From positions 101,618,001-101,682,000 of the forward strand of contig NC_043001.1 of NCBI RefSeq assembly GCF_006345805.1: a stretch of 64,000 nt of DNA, in the 5' to 3' direction. Both the position numbers and the translations under genes were made by a program. This DNA is from Octopus sinensis. Lineage: Eukaryota. This document shows, piece by piece, positions 50,410 to 64,000 of this stretch (position 1 is its first letter; every line of letters starts with the position of its first letter). Under the pieces are notes generated by a model. That model did no database searches. It was not told the DNA's origin and saw only the letters and a list, made by a program, of their open reading frames with translations.

Positions 50410-52404
50410 GTTGCTTGCTAGTGTTCAAGATCCACTGCATCTTTCATCTTTCCAAGGTTGAAAAACTAATTAGCAATCAGATTCAACAGGCAATTAAATC
50501 AATTACATCTTCCACTGAATGAAAGACTTTGTGCAACTAAACTTAGAAATCACTAACCACAACAACTGAAGCATCAGACACCAAAGCATAAAAAAGAAAA
50601 ACTCCAGTTCTTCTCGACATTAAATTATGAAAAGAAAAACAACATTGAATTCATGAAATATACAAGAAAATATATAAAATCACAAAAATGAGAAAAAAGT
50701 GATCAGTTTGAGGAACTCATCCCCAAATCCCAGCAAATTGAGATTCCTGCTGGAAACATCATCAGAAGTCTGTGTCTGATGTGAGAAATTATTACGACAG
50801 AGAAGACAAAAACCATTTCACGAGGCCTTTCAAGGAAACTCTCCCCCTAAAAGAACCAGATTAATCAGTCTGTGAGACAAAGATATGCAACCTCACTTAC
50901 TGCACAAAGCCATGCCAAAAGTTGGTTCCAGAAATGCATGTGACTGGTGGTTGGCCTGAAAGCAAGATTAGTTGATTAATGTCTTTGGATCAAAGGATTT
51001 GGATTTGGTGGCATCAGTGAAATCAGGCTCCCGAGGATGCTTGAACTTAACTGGAATTGTAAGACATCTTTTGTTTGGCTTAGAATGAAAAGATATTTTT
51101 TTCAGATAGGCCTGGATCTGAAGGTACAGATGATCTTTCTGAACTTGGATTGTGAGTCAGTGATCCTGGACATCATCTGGACATGGAGAGTCACTTGTAG
51201 AGAGTCTTGAAACATTCATTGAGAATGTATTTGTTGAAATTCATACGGGTTGCAAATTTTGGCACAAAACAATTAGTGTCCAAGTGGTATTTATTTTATG
51301 GACTCCTAAAAGGAAGAAAGGCCACGTCGACCTCAGCAGAATTTGAACTCAGAATGTAAAGATGGACAAAATGCTGATAAACATTTTGTCCTATGTGCTA
51401 ACAATTCTGCCAGCTCGCAGCCTTTTTTCTTGAAATATATATTGGTTGCAAATATATTGAGTGACAGACGAATTAGTGAAAAGATATATTTGTAGAAAAA
51501 GGAATTGGTTGCAAGACATATTGACTGAAACCAGAGCCAGACTGGAGGTGGAAAAACTGTCAAAATATTAATATTTTTCAACTTTATGTGTAAAATCATT
51601 ATAAATTATAATTATGAATATAATAATTTTTAACACTGTTACATTAAACTGATTAGTAATCAAATCTCAATTCAGTAAATATCAATTTGTATCCGGAAAT
51701 AAACTGAAAATATTATTTATTTTATAATTTATTATCATTTTAAATTTCAATAAGTTGCTTACAAAAATGAAAATGGCTTTCAGTATTTTCGATGAATCTG
51801 CCTTTTGATGAATTTGGTATTGATTAATATGTTTCCAATCAATTTTTCTTTTGACCAACATGTCTTTCTATCAATAAATGTTTGATCAATTTGTCTTTTC
51901 AATAAATACATTTTCAATAAATGTATCTTATCTTCTTCTAAAGACCTTCCTTCACTCTGCTTTGAAAAAGGACGACATATTTTCTCTGTCTGGAAGTTTT
52001 GCTCAAAGAGATTGTAGAAGGTGAGTATGGAGAGATAAGTGCTGTGCTTAATCAAATTTGATGGAAGATGATTGCATATACAACTGATGTGTACGAGAGG
52101 GCCAGTGTTTCAATTTTGGTCAGTTTGCAGTTGGGTGAGAGCAAGTTTGCTCAGGGAAGATGGTTAGTTTGCTCTAAGTCTGCCAAGGTGGCATTCCCTG
52201 CACTGCAGCTGTGCTTTTATTTCTATAGTACCACATAAATTTTTCATTGGTTTTTATAAAATTCACATTCGCTGTTCCCCTGTGCATTCTGTAAGTAGAT
52301 TTTGTTCAAAACATTTTGTATCTCTCTGTGAGACACTCACAGCCAAATTAATAATTGGTGTTGCATTTGCTGTTGTTGCTAATATTCTTCTTCTTCTTCT
52401 TCTT

Positions 52405-52470
<66 letters not shown>

Positions 52471-52473
<3 letters not shown>

Positions 52474-52850
52474 TGACTGCGGCCATGCTGGAGAACCGCC
52501 TTTAGTCGAGCAAATCGACCCCGGGACTTATTCTTTGTAAGCCCAGCACTTATTCTATCGGTCTCTTTTGCCGAACCGCTAAGTGACGGGGACATAAACA
52601 CACCAGCATCAGTTGTCAAGCAATGCTAGGGGGACAAACACAGACACACAATCATACACACACATATATATATATATATACATATATACGATGGGCTTCT
52701 TTCAGTTTCCGTCTACCAAATCCACTCACAAAGCATTGGTCAGCCCGGGGCTATAGCAGAAGACACTTGCCCAAGATGCCACGCAGTGGGACTGAACCCG
52801 CAACCATGTGGTTTGTTAGCAAGCTACTTACCACACAGCCACTCCTGCGC
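52471..52850 (-). mobile_element. SINE family A, full length, young
   Basis: Minus head GGCGCAGGAGTGGCTGTGTGGTAAG...GGGTTCAGTCCC; collinear with 63030-63425; ends in (AAT)n. Confidence 0.92.
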
Positions 52851-52851
52851 C

Positions 52852-52891
<40 letters not shown>

Positions 52892-52924
52892 GAAGGTAGT
52901 GGGCTGACAGAATTGTTGTTGTTG

Positions 52925-53140
52925 TTGCTGTTAGGCAGCAACCTTGCAGAAGCGTTAGCATTGCCAGGCAGAATGCTTAGCAGCATCCGTCATCATGTTC
53001 TGAGTTCAAATTCCACCAAGGTTGATTTTGCTTTACGTCTTTTCAGGGTCGATAAAATAAATACCAATAGAGCACACCAGGAGATATGTCCATCACTACG
53101 CACCTCCCTTCTATTCTTGCTGGTCTTGTGTCAAAATCGG
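52925..53140 (+). mobile_element. SINE family B
   Basis: GCAGAAGCGTTAGC...GAGTTCAAATTCC...GGGTCGATAAAATAAATACCA; near-identical head at 47270-47420. Confidence 0.8.
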
Positions 53141-53149
53141 AAACCATTA

Positions 53150-54495
53150 TTATTTTTACTATCATTATCATCATCATCGTCATTGTCATCATCATCATCA
53201 GCAGCAGCAGCAGTAGCAGCAGCAGTGGTGGTGGCGGCGGCGGCGGAGGTGGTGGTGTTGGTGGCGGCGGCGGTGGTGGTTGGTGGGCAACTAATAATCA
53301 TGAAATTAGTTGTTTTACTCTTTTTTTTTTTCCATTCTTTTTTCCTTCTCAGCAAAATACTCTCCACACCTAGATTAAAGCTAATTATAACATTTGACAA
53401 TATCCAGAATAAAATTTTAAAAAGCATACACAAGAAAAAAGAAAAGAAAAACATACATATTCACATTTATTTCCTAGTGTTACTTTGAAAATTTATTTTT
53501 ACAATTTCAACTTTTCGTAATATAAAACTAATAATAATTAAGAGTGGTAACTAGTTTGATTTTGATGAAATAAAAAATATCATAAGATTGATTAGAAAAT
53601 ATATAAAAAAAAAATACAACAAACAAAATGACATATTCTTTTATTCAAAGAATCAAAAGATAAGAATCAAAACACACACACCACACACACACACACACAC
53701 ATTCACAGACAAAATGGAATAATAATGGCAAAGAAAGAAAAGAAACGGTAAAAATAACAACACATAATGTGTATTGATGTTTAATTACCAGGAGGCTGGA
53801 GAGAAATTCTATATATGGTTGTGAGTAATAACGAAGGGATATGATGAGAATGATGATGATGATGATGGGGATGATGATGATGATGAGAACGACAACAATG
53901 TTGACAACAATGATGACAGTGGTGGTGATGCTGATGATGATCGTGTGATAGAGTGGTGTGGAGGTAGGTAAATGTGATGAGGAAGAACAGGATAATGATG
54001 CGGAAGAGAAAGAAAGTGGAAGGAAAAGAGAGGAAAGAAGGGGAAGAGGGAGAAGAAGAGGAGGAGGGAGAAAGACAGAAGGAGGAGGTGAAAGAGGAGG
54101 AGGTTGTGGTGGTGGTGGTGGTTGTGGTGGTGGTGGTGGTGGTTGTGGTGGAGGAGGAGGAAGAGGAGGAGGTTGCTTGCAGTCAATTCTGCTGTTTGGG
54201 TCCAAAACAACACAATACAACTTTAAAGGAATTTATTCCTGGATGATGATAAACCACCGATTCTGCTGCTTAAGCAACACATTAAGTATGGAATAACAAG
54301 AAGCATATTTACTATTTAGAAAGAGTTGTAGGTGATCTGGTCTTGTCCTGTCTATTGTGTCTTGTGGAATTCTGCTGAAGAGATAGAACAAGACGAGAGA
54401 GAAGAGAAGAGAAGACATCGAGTGGAACAGAAAGTCATTGAAGAAACCACAGAATATGTGATGGAAGAAATCTAACAAATAAGCTAATGATAATA

Positions 54496-54537
<42 letters not shown>

Positions 54538-54620
54538 TGATGATGATGATGATGATGAGGATGAGGATGAGGATGATGATGATGAGGATGAGGATGATGA
54601 TGATGATGAGGATGAGGATG

Positions 54621-54654
<34 letters not shown>

Positions 54655-54978
54655 GGATGAGGATGAGGATGATGATGATGAGGATGAGGATGATGATGAT
54701 GATGATGATGAGGATGAGGATGAGGATGAGGATGAGGTTGATGATGAGGATGATGATGAGGATGAGGATGAGGATGAGGAGGATGATGATGATGATGAGG
54801 ATGATGATGATGATAATGATGATGATGAAGATGATGATGATGAGGATGAGGATGATGATGATGATGATGATGATGAGGATGAGGATGATGATGAGGATGA
54901 TGATGATGAGGATGAGGATGAGGATGATGATGATGATGAGGAGGATGAAGATGAGGATGATGATGATATGATGATGAC

Positions 54979-55038
<60 letters not shown>

Positions 55039-55040
55039 AA
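53150..55040. repeat. Triplet-repeat-rich block: (CAT)n, (CAG)n, (GGT)n, (GAG)n and a long (GAT/GAG)n at 54535-55035
   Basis: Direct reading; explains the low-complexity ORFs 52913-55296. Confidence 0.9.
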
Positions 55041-56173
55041 TAATTGGAGCCGGAATTATAAAATAGCAAAAGAGTGAAGTGAAGAAAATGGATAGTGAGA
55101 CTGGAAAAATGTTGACAGTCATGGAGCCTTCCACCCTAAGAATGATACTGATAGGTTGTACTTGTCCAGAAGAAAGGGTGGGAGAAGTTTGACCAGTTGC
55201 CAGAACTGTATTGAAGCAGAGGAAAACAGCCTTGGGTTGTATATAAAAAATGCTGTGGAGACACTGTTGAGACACGAAGAATGCCAGCATCATCAAAATT
55301 GAAAATTGTGTAACTCAAGAAAAATTTAAGCAAGAAATGAACAAAAAAAATGAGAGAAAGCATGGAAGGAAAGGAAAATGTATGGTCAGTTTTCCAAGAC
55401 AGATACAGAGGACCAGAGGTTGTGGATGAGGCGGAGTGACCTGAAGATAGAGACAGAAGCACAGTTCAGGAACAAGCGTTAAGGACTAATTATATGAAGT
55501 GCAGTATAGACAACACTACCGATTGTGACAAATGCAGAATGTGTGGTGAGAGGGATGAAACAGTATGGCACATTGTTAGCGAATGCCCGAAATTGGCATA
55601 ATACAGAAACAAAAGATGCCATGACAATGTGGCAAGAATGATCCATTGGGAACTCTGTGAAAATCACGACCTACAAAGAGCAAACATGTGGTATCAGCAA
55701 ACCCCAGAAGGAGTCTCCCCAAAAATGAGAATTGCAAAATCCTGTGGGATGCAATGATTACCTGAGCAGACATCGAAAACCAAACATTGTTTTGGTGAAT
55801 AAAAAAGGAAGAACATGTATAATAGTTGACATGATAAGCCCCAGTGACCATAGGGTCAATGTGAAAGAAGAAAAAATAAACACCTATGACAATTTAAAGT
55901 GGGAAATACGAAGGTTGTTGTCAATGAAGAGAGAAGACGTGATACCAATAGTAATTGGTGCACTTGGAAGTATCAACCCTCAACTACCAACATGGCTGAA
56001 AAGGATTGGTGCAAGTGTGAAGGTAGAACACCTACAAAAATCAGCATTGCTTGGGACTATAAGAATTCTTTGCTGAGTTCTTGAAGCATGACCAGTAAAG
56101 AAGTTTCACCTTAGTCTGTTAGCTGTGGACAGCCAACACTTTCCATCATACCCAGCAAAATAAGCTGTGAGTT
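55040..56173 (+). mobile_element. R4/Dong remnant, second family, frameshifted
   Basis: HGAFHPKNDTDRLYLSRRKGGRSL, QEQALRTNY, KCRMCGERDETVWHIVSECPKLA, KPNIV, PIVIGALG, QKSALLGT; ends in (TAA)n. Confidence 0.88.
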
Positions 56174-56216
56174 TTCCTCACATAATAATAATAATAACAA
56201 TAATAACAACAACAAC

Positions 56217-56278
<62 letters not shown>

Positions 56279-56299
56279 TAATTATAATAATAATGATAA

Positions 56300-56620
56300 T
56301 GCAAAAAGGAAGCAAGAAAAGTCGATAAGTATGACAGATTAGCTTGGAAAGTTAAGCAGTTGAGGTCGATGAAAAAGATGGTAGTAGTACCAATAATTGT
56401 CGGAGCCCTGGGAACAGTGAGTAAAAATCTTGAGGAGTACATGGAACAAATAGGGGCTGCAATAAGGATGGAGCACTTGCAGAAAACAGCACTGCTTCAA
56501 ACCACGAACCACTCGAATACTCTGGAAGGGGCTCAAAAATTAAGAGGTGTTACCTTAGTTCACTGGTAGTGAACAGCTGATACCGTAGTACATTTCCAGC
56601 ATTAGAAGCTGAGCAAAGGC
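56300..56620 (+). mobile_element. R4/Dong extreme 3' fragment
   Basis: DKYDRL...VVPIIVGALGTV...HLQKTALL; (TAA)n on both sides. Confidence 0.85.
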
Positions 56621-56639
56621 AATAATAATAATAATAATG

Positions 56640-56739
<100 letters not shown>

Positions 56740-57711
56740 TGATGATGATGATGAAGATGATAAAGCTAGAGTGATGATCAAATAAACAGTGCCTTTGTTT
56801 ATTGGCAAAAGATGATCATCTCCAAATATGACAAAATCTGGTTCAACACCCAATTTCACATCAATAATCTTGCAAAAGAAACAGAGAGACAGAGCTTCCA
56901 TTTCGTTCGTTTTAGTTGAGTTTTTATCTTCGTATGGAATGGTGGCAATTGAAACACTTGTAGTCCTGTGTTGATTGTGCTATACTGCTCTGGATTGATC
57001 AGTTCACAGCAGTATCTATAATCCTGAAATATTAAGACCCAACATTGAAAGAACTTAGAAGAAAATCCCAAAATAATGCATTTAACTATAAAATATTGGA
57101 AAGATTTCGATAACCATTCAGTGATGTAGACATGACACATCCAGGGTTTGTATTTTGGACACATCAGAATGGAATGGTTATTAATCTGTAGCACATCTGT
57201 TTCCTTAATCTATGTATCTATCTTTCTATCCATTCATCTATCCATCTCTCTCTCTCTATCTATGTATTTCTCTCTCTCTCTCTCTTGTTCTCTCTCTTTG
57301 TCTATCTATCCATCATCTATTTATCTACCTACTATCTACATATCTATCTATCTATCTATCCATCTTTATATCTACCAACATACCTATCTATATTTTTATC
57401 TATCTGTCTGTCTGTCTATTTATCTATCTATCAATCTATCTATCTATTTATCCTTCTCTCCATTTTGCAACCCATCATTCATTGCAACCATTGCCCCTCC
57501 TCTTCCTGCTTCCTCATCTCTTTCATCTCATCCTTTCTGACTCTGGCAGTTAAAGTTGTCAGAGATGTTGCTTTTTTCTTTCCTTAACTCACAGTTTACA
57601 GTATGTTTCCTCTAATGTGTCACTCCTCTCTTCAACTTATCTTATTCCTATTGTTTAAATAAAAAAAAATATATATATATGCATACACACACATCACACC
57701 ACACCACATGC

Positions 57712-57790
<79 letters not shown>

Positions 57791-58867
57791 ATGTATGTAT
57801 GTATGTATGTATGTATGTATGTATGTTATGTATGTATGTATGTTTTGATTTGTATCTGTCTTATTCTCTGCACAACTTGTCTTAGATTTCTTGTCCAGTT
57901 GAAAGACAATATATTATTCTGTCTTTTGGGTTGTTTTTGTATTTTTTCCATTGTATTAATTTCTTTTTCTACTTTTGTCTTCTGAGTCTATTATTCCCTG
58001 ACAACTTCCATGTTGCTGATACCACCAAATTGAACAATATTGTCAGAAGGTGTTGAAATTGTGATGATATTTGATTGACAGCAGATGAAGGATTTCAGCA
58101 TTTTTGCATTAGATTTTTCTCATAAATTTCTGTCATCCTTGTGTGTTACCTTTGCTATTATTATGTGTGTGTGTGTGTGTGTGTGTTTGTGTGTGTGCAT
58201 GTATGTGTGCATGTTCGCATGTGCACGTGTGTGTGCATGTGTTTATGTAGTTATGTTTGTCCATTAAATCTATCTTCCCTTTGCTGTGATGTCGTTCATG
58301 TTTGAAATGTTGATGCTGTACCTCTTCTATGACCCATCTGCCAGACATGGACAGAGGATTGTGTAGCTGGCCATAGATAATCCTATAAGGTAGATGTGAG
58401 CCAGAAATGCATGCACACATATGCACACATGCATTCATCCATATATATATATATATATATATGCACGCACACACACATATATAAGCACTCACATGAATGA
58501 AAGTTCATGGCTTTAATGATTGGTGTTATGAACTCACAGTGATAAGGTCATGAGTTTACCACAATGCACCAGGAGGTGCATTATGTTCTTGAGCAACGTG
58601 CATCATACCTATCTAAAGGAAGACTTGTTTCTAAGCCAATCTTTGTTAGTCTCCTTCTCAGAGGATGTCTTTAACTTCCTGGCTAAACTAGAAAGTTCTT
58701 TTACCACAATTTTTTGGAAGCAGCATCATTGCACTTAACATCAGTAAAGTATTTGACTGTGCTTACCAAATGAATCTTCTGGCAAAACTCCCCACTATGG
58801 CTTCTATCTGTCTTTTATAGTCTTTCACAGTGGTAGCTGCTTCCTGTTACATCACAATTTCAGAATG

Positions 58868-59345
58868 TATTGGGTTGTCCAGAAAGTTTGTGCTGATTTA
58901 TAGTAGCTTACATTTCGACTTATTTTAGAACATGGTTGAGTCCATAAAATAGGATTTGACTACACCTCCATTTAGAGCACAGTTTAAGCTATCTGTTCGT
59001 GGAAGAAGGTTTATAACCTGTGTTAATTCTGTAAACCTTTAAAATGGAAGATAAGAAATTTCATTTTCAGCACTCGATGCTTTTTTTTTCTGTAAAGGGA
59101 AAAATGTCTCACAACCAACCAAAGAAATATGCGCAGTTTATGGTGATGTTTCTTTATCCGAAAGAACTGTACAGAAGTGGTTTGTAAGGTTCCAAGCTGG
59201 ATCAGGCAGACCATCCACTACAAATGATGACCAAATCAAGTCATTAATTGAGAATAACCCACATTGTGCAAGCCAAGAATTGGCAGAAAGCCTCAACCTA
59301 TCAAAATCCGTCGTTCATAAGCATCTGGTAAAGCTTGGGTAATGG
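58868..59345 (+). mobile_element. mariner 5' remnant
   Basis: TIR-like TATTGGGTTGTCCAGAAAG; MEDKKFHFQH...KGKN...ICAVYGD...WFVRF...SGRP...LAESLNLSKS.VHKHL. Confidence 0.85.
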
Positions 59346-60440
59346 CAAGTATTTATTGACCTTTTTCTTTCCTTTAAAAATTGGCATGAATCATGCTTGA
59401 TTCCCCTATTCCATCCTCCTTACTGTGTCTCGCCATCTACACCCAATAAAAACATCTTCATCCAGTCTTTTTTTTCTCTTTCTTTCTCCCTTTCTTTCCG
59501 GAATTATCATCGCAGGATATTTCTACTGCCTAAACTAATCCGGCAGACATTGACCAACAGCTGTTCAAACTGCTCCAGAACTGCATCAAACTCACAAACC
59601 ATGGAGAAGAACTTGCAAAAACCCTCATTAGCACCCAGCCTCTTCCTCTCTAACTTATAAAACAACCCTGTTTGGTTCCTTCATGACCAGTTGAATTCCT
59701 CAAGAGATGATGTAGCAGTGATGATGGGGTCATGTCAAAATGCCATGTTACTTTGCGGCATACTTCAAGTGAGTGAAGATCTTTGAATAATGTATGAGTG
59801 CAGTGTGTAGGCATGCATGTTTCTCTCTGTGCATGTGTGTGTGTGTGTGTGTGTATGTGTGTATGTGGTGGGGGGAATGTTTATAGAGACTTACAAAAAT
59901 GTTAAGAAATATTCATAAACTGCTTCATTAATTAATCATACTAATTAAGTGATGTAACTTGGAAATTTACTGCTTTATGGTAACAGCTTTTGTGGTGGCG
60001 GCTCTTGTGAAAGTAAATAATAAATAATTGATCCTGATGCTTCAGGCCTGAAAGCTTTGAAGTTGATGGCATCATACATATTATTGATCCATTGATCCAG
60101 AATAGGAATAAATGAGAGAAAGAGAGAGAGGGGAGGAGGAGGAATGAAAGAAAGGATTGAATAGAGAAAAGAACAACAATTTAAAATATTTAGAAAATCA
60201 CCCGGCTAAAATTATTCCACCATTTTTTATTCAAAAGATGTGAATAACTAGGAGAGTAAATACTGAACTAGATCTGTTAATTTATGATATTCTAATATTA
60301 TAAACATTGTTAATGGTCGTGAGTTGGCAGGAATGGTTGGGCTCCATATTGTTTCAAATGCATTAACAAGAAAGTTTAGGCATCGACACTCAACCTGCTA
60401 GAAATACCATTCTCAGTTTACACCCTACTCTCATAGAAAT

Positions 60441-60740
60441 GTGAAGTCGCATGGCCTAGTGGTTAGGGTGTTGCAGTTGCACTCATTATCTAATGATCAT
60501 GAGTTCGATTTCTGAGCCAAGAGGTGTAATATATTCTTGAGAAAAACACTTCATTTCACATTGCTCCAGTCCACTTAGCTGTAAACAGGTGAACCCTGCC
60601 ACAAAATAGCCTTCCACTGTGGGGGTGGCTACCCCAACTAGCCAGTGGGGAAGCATCGTTCAAAAGCTAAAATGATGCAAAGTGCATTGTGACCAGTGAT
60701 GTATAGCAACATCCAATAAAAATCTGGTCGATCATATGAT
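60441..60740 (+). mobile_element. SINE family D
   Basis: GCATGGCCTAGTGGTTAGG (A box), GAGTTCGATTTC (B box), TTGCTCCAGTCCACTTAGCTGTAAA core. Confidence 0.8.
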
Positions 60741-60769
60741 TGTAAAAAGGGAACACAGTAAATCCTTGC

Positions 60770-60990
60770 CAATTAATCCTGCTACATCTGCCCTAAACAT
60801 TCTAGCTATTTCATGTTCAGACTGACCAGGCCTGGCCTCTCACACCTACCCAACAATGTCATTCTAAAAATAAACAATCACATCATCAAAATCTCAAAGC
60901 TAGAGTTAATTAACATACAATTAATTCTTAAAACAATGTAAATAAATATTCATTACATTTGTCAGAATAATCCAAGTGCTAAAGAATTAA
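60770..60990. mobile_element. Possible degenerate TTAA-flanked MITE
   Basis: TTAATCC... start and ...GCTAAAGAATTAA end resemble decayed TTAACCCTTT/AAAGGGTTAA termini. Confidence 0.4.
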
Positions 60991-62644
60991 ATATTGTCAT
61001 CCAACCAGAAAGCCTTGGATTAATCACTCAACCTGCCAAAAACAGTAGCCAGATCCCCCTCAAAACTCCTCTGCCTTCCATTTTAGAAAAAGCACACCTC
61101 ATTGGTAATGTAGTTCTAGATACAATATTCTTGAAAAGACGAAGGAAAACTGGTTTGCATTTGAAATACTTTTGCTTTGGGGCTGAATTGGAGCTAAGCG
61201 TTGGTAGTAACAACGACAACAACATCATACACTGTTAGTTTCCATTGCAAGTTGTAACCTGACCAGAGGACGTCTGCCTCTCTGGAGTTGCCAAACTAAT
61301 TATGAATAATAAATGGAGTTTCAATTTAATTGATAGCACTCACCCATTCCTCGCTTTATACAGACAAAAAAAATTAAAATCAATAGTGTAACTATAATGT
61401 TATTTTTAAAAGGAGCAGATATACTAGTTACATATTTGTAAACCTTGATTATGTAATTAAATGCTGGTTTATAATGGTTAACCCAAACCAGAGTATTTTT
61501 TTCTGTTATTATGAGAGCAAGAATTAGGACTTTGAGAGCTTGTTTGTTAATAGAGAGGAGCTTATTTGATTTCTTATGTAACATAGCTGAATGTCTCTAT
61601 TTTCAGGTTGTTTTGTTGCTCTATAGAAATATCTGGAATGATATGGTGTGTTGTACAGTAGTAATGAGTTTTTTTTTGTATAATGGTATTCTTTAAATGG
61701 TAATATAGATGTGTACATTATTGCGGAGATGGAGTGAATGGTGTGTGGTGGTATTGGTGAGTTGTACTTGTGTCTTATATAATGTTTATAATATTCATTC
61801 ACTTCGTGTTGGAGTCTACTAAAGCTGGGGAGTTGGAATATGGTTTTGGAGAATTTTATAGTGATAACAGTTTGTGTGGGTTTGCTCTATAATGGCAGAA
61901 AATATGGAATAGAGAGAGAGAGAGAGAGAGAGATTGTATGGTAGTTTGGTATGTCGTTGTATGGTAAACGGGTGTGAGATAATTGTTGTTGTTTTTGCTT
62001 TAGCTGTGACTATCCTTTTAAAGAGACCTGGGATTATATTGTTTAAAGTGTTTTTCTCACTTTTTAAGATGGTGATGATGATTTAAAGGAGATTTGGTCT
62101 CTATTTCTAGCAAGTTGAAAGCCACATAACTATTCCTTTGTTTTTCTCACGTGTAGGAAACAGTATTGGTGTTTGCCAGAAGTAAGAAACAAAATGTAAG
62201 TTGTAGAAATGAGGTAGTACCAAAAAGTTCCTTGGCTAGCTCTGTAGCACGCCAACAGATGGCAGCACATGGTTGCATTCACAGTGAGAGTCAGCAGTGA
62301 CCTTCATGAGGAAGTGTGCTAAGTGACAGCACTGTGTTTACTTCACAAGTTGTGAAATTTGTGTTTTTGTGATCACATGTAAGCCGTAGTCTGCAAATTA
62401 TTATGGACGGGAACAAAGCGTCAACGTGAAATTTTGTGTTCAACTTGTGGAGTCTGCTATAGAAACATTGAGCATGCTTTGACAAGCTGACATCAATGAG
62501 GCAGTGGGTTGTATGCAATGTTTTGAGTGGCACAAGTGCACGATAGAGCCACCGCTCAATCAAGTCTAAGTTCACCGTTTTTCACAACATTAGAAAATTA
62601 CTATTTTTAAACCTTATAACAAGAGATATTCAGCAACAGTACTT

Positions 62645-62908
62645 TGGAGTAAAGATTGTTTGCCAACATAACATGACAGTCCTGGTTTAGGACGAATGTT
62701 GCTGTAATTTAGCCCCAGGAGACATTGTCTCCGGCTGGTTATATGACATGATCTGTGTCCTTATATTTAGATTCCCTTGTTTGAAAATATAAGGATACAG
62801 ATTGTATCATATAGCCAGCTGGAGACGATGTCTCCTGGGGCTAAATTACAGCAACATTTGTCCTAAACCAGGACTGTGATGTTATGTTGGCAAACAATCT
62901 TTACTCCA
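62645..62908. mobile_element. Foldback/palindromic MITE (124-bp arms, 16-bp spacer)
   Basis: 62645-62768 is the reverse complement of 62785-62908 with few mismatches. Confidence 0.9.
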
Positions 62909-63029
62909 TCCATGGTATTGTGCATCAAGAAGTTGATCCCAGGGCCAGGTCATCAATGGAGAGTTCTACTGTGACGTTTTGAATTATTTGAGGGAAGACA
63001 TTCAGTGAAAGTGATCAGGAGTGGCCATA

Positions 63030-63425
63030 GGTGCAGGAGTGACTGTGTGGTAAGTAGCTTGCTTACAAACCACATAGTTCTGGGTTCAGTCCCACTGTGT
63101 GACATCTTGGGCAAGATTCTTCTACTATAGCCTTGGGCCAACCAAAGCCTTGAGAGTGGATTTAGTAGACGGAAACTGAAAGAAGCTCATCATATATATA
63201 TATATATATATGTGTGTATATATGTTTGTGTATCTGTGTTTGTCTCCCCACCATCGCTTGATGTTGGTGTGTTTACGTCCCCGTAACTTAGCGGTTCAGC
63301 AAAAGAGACCAATATGATAAGTACTAGGCTAGACTTACAAAGAATAAGTCCTGAGGTTGATTTGTTCGACTAAAAGCAGTGCTCCAGCATGGCCACAGTC
63401 AAATGACTGAAACAAGTAAAAGAAT
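63030..63425 (+). mobile_element. SINE family A, full length
   Basis: GGTGCAGGAGTGACTGTGTGGTAAG head, GGGTTCAGTCCC B box, tail GTGCTCCAGCATGGCCACAGTC-AAAT-GACTGAAACAAG. Confidence 0.92.
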
Positions 63426-64000
63426 AGATCTGTGGAGCGCGAAGAATTGGATTCTTCACAAAGACAATGCTGCCTGTCACCAGACTCTCCTCACCCATGA
63501 GTTTCTTGCCAAAAACATGGTACCATTTCCACACTCAGCCTATTCACCAGATTTAGCACCTGCAGGCTTCCATCTCTTCCCCAACGTGAAAATGCAGCTC
63601 AAAGGTCTCCGCTTTAACACCATTGTTGAAATCAAGAGTGAATCACAGAAAGTCTTCAACTTGCTCACAGAAAACGACTTCTAGGCTGGATTCCAAAAAT
63701 GGCAGGAATGTTGGAACTGGTGTATTACAGTGTAAGGAGACTATTTTGAAGACAATGGTAAAACATTTTAGTTTTTATTAGAACTTCTTTTGATACCACC
63801 TCATTGATGAAATATAAAAATATTTAACAACCACTTGTTCTAAAAGGTTTTATTGTAGCCCCTCTACTTTGTTCCTTCCTGTCCTTTCATAGCTGCTCCA
63901 CTCTGTCATGTTCCATTCTGTCATGTCACATTAAAATTCCTCACAATTCCACATAAATTGTTCCATCATCTTTTGATGCAGACCTTTTTACTGTCTGATG

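Larger units (their letters stand above)
62209..63804 (+). mobile_element. mariner remnant with nested foldback element and SINE
   Basis: TIRs ATGAGGTAGTACCAAAAAGTTC / GAACTTCTTTTGATACCACCTCAT; EQSVNVKFCV...CFEWHK; HGIVHQE; WILHKDNA...PHSAYSPDLAP. Confidence 0.92.

Noticed and set aside
50940-51200. Minus-strand open stretch LTHNPSSERSS...KTLIN and a nearby 55-nt AG/GT segment
   Set aside because: No start, no homology and no consistent exon chain
53645-55296. Long low-complexity ORFs (poly-S, poly-I, poly-M/R, poly-P)
   Set aside because: Translations of triplet microsatellites, which lack stops in several frames

Overview
AT-rich, microsatellite-dense animal genomic DNA. The repeat landscape (tRNA-derived SINEs, mariner remnants, R4/Dong and Penelope-like fragments, long (TA)n/(TAA)n arrays) suggests a cephalopod, probably Octopus; this is inference. 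No host protein-coding gene could be recognised, so the window looks intronic or intergenic, and nearly all short ORFs in the track are microsatellite or antisense artefacts. Main content: (1) A young, probably full-length ~5.7 kb CR1-group LINE (24872-30574, minus). Its ORF1 (Myb/SANT-like + CCCH zinc finger) and ORF2 (APE+RT) become intact 299-aa and 999-aa ORFs if four single bases are restored, each placeable in a short homopolymer run. It sits in a (TA)n array next to a 5'-truncated sister copy and shares a covarying 3' hairpin with the commonest SINE in the window. (2) Several hammerhead ribozyme motifs in non-coding Penelope-type elements, including a complete type I hammerhead in a 554-bp unit with direct and inverted repeats (8342-9165) and a minimal hammerhead joined to an inverted tRNA-derived head (16816-17095). 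(3) A cluster of R4/Dong 3' fragments embedded in (TAA)n. (4) Six mariner remnants, TTAA-flanked MITEs, a foldback element and many SINEs. SINE family labels A-D are local to this report.
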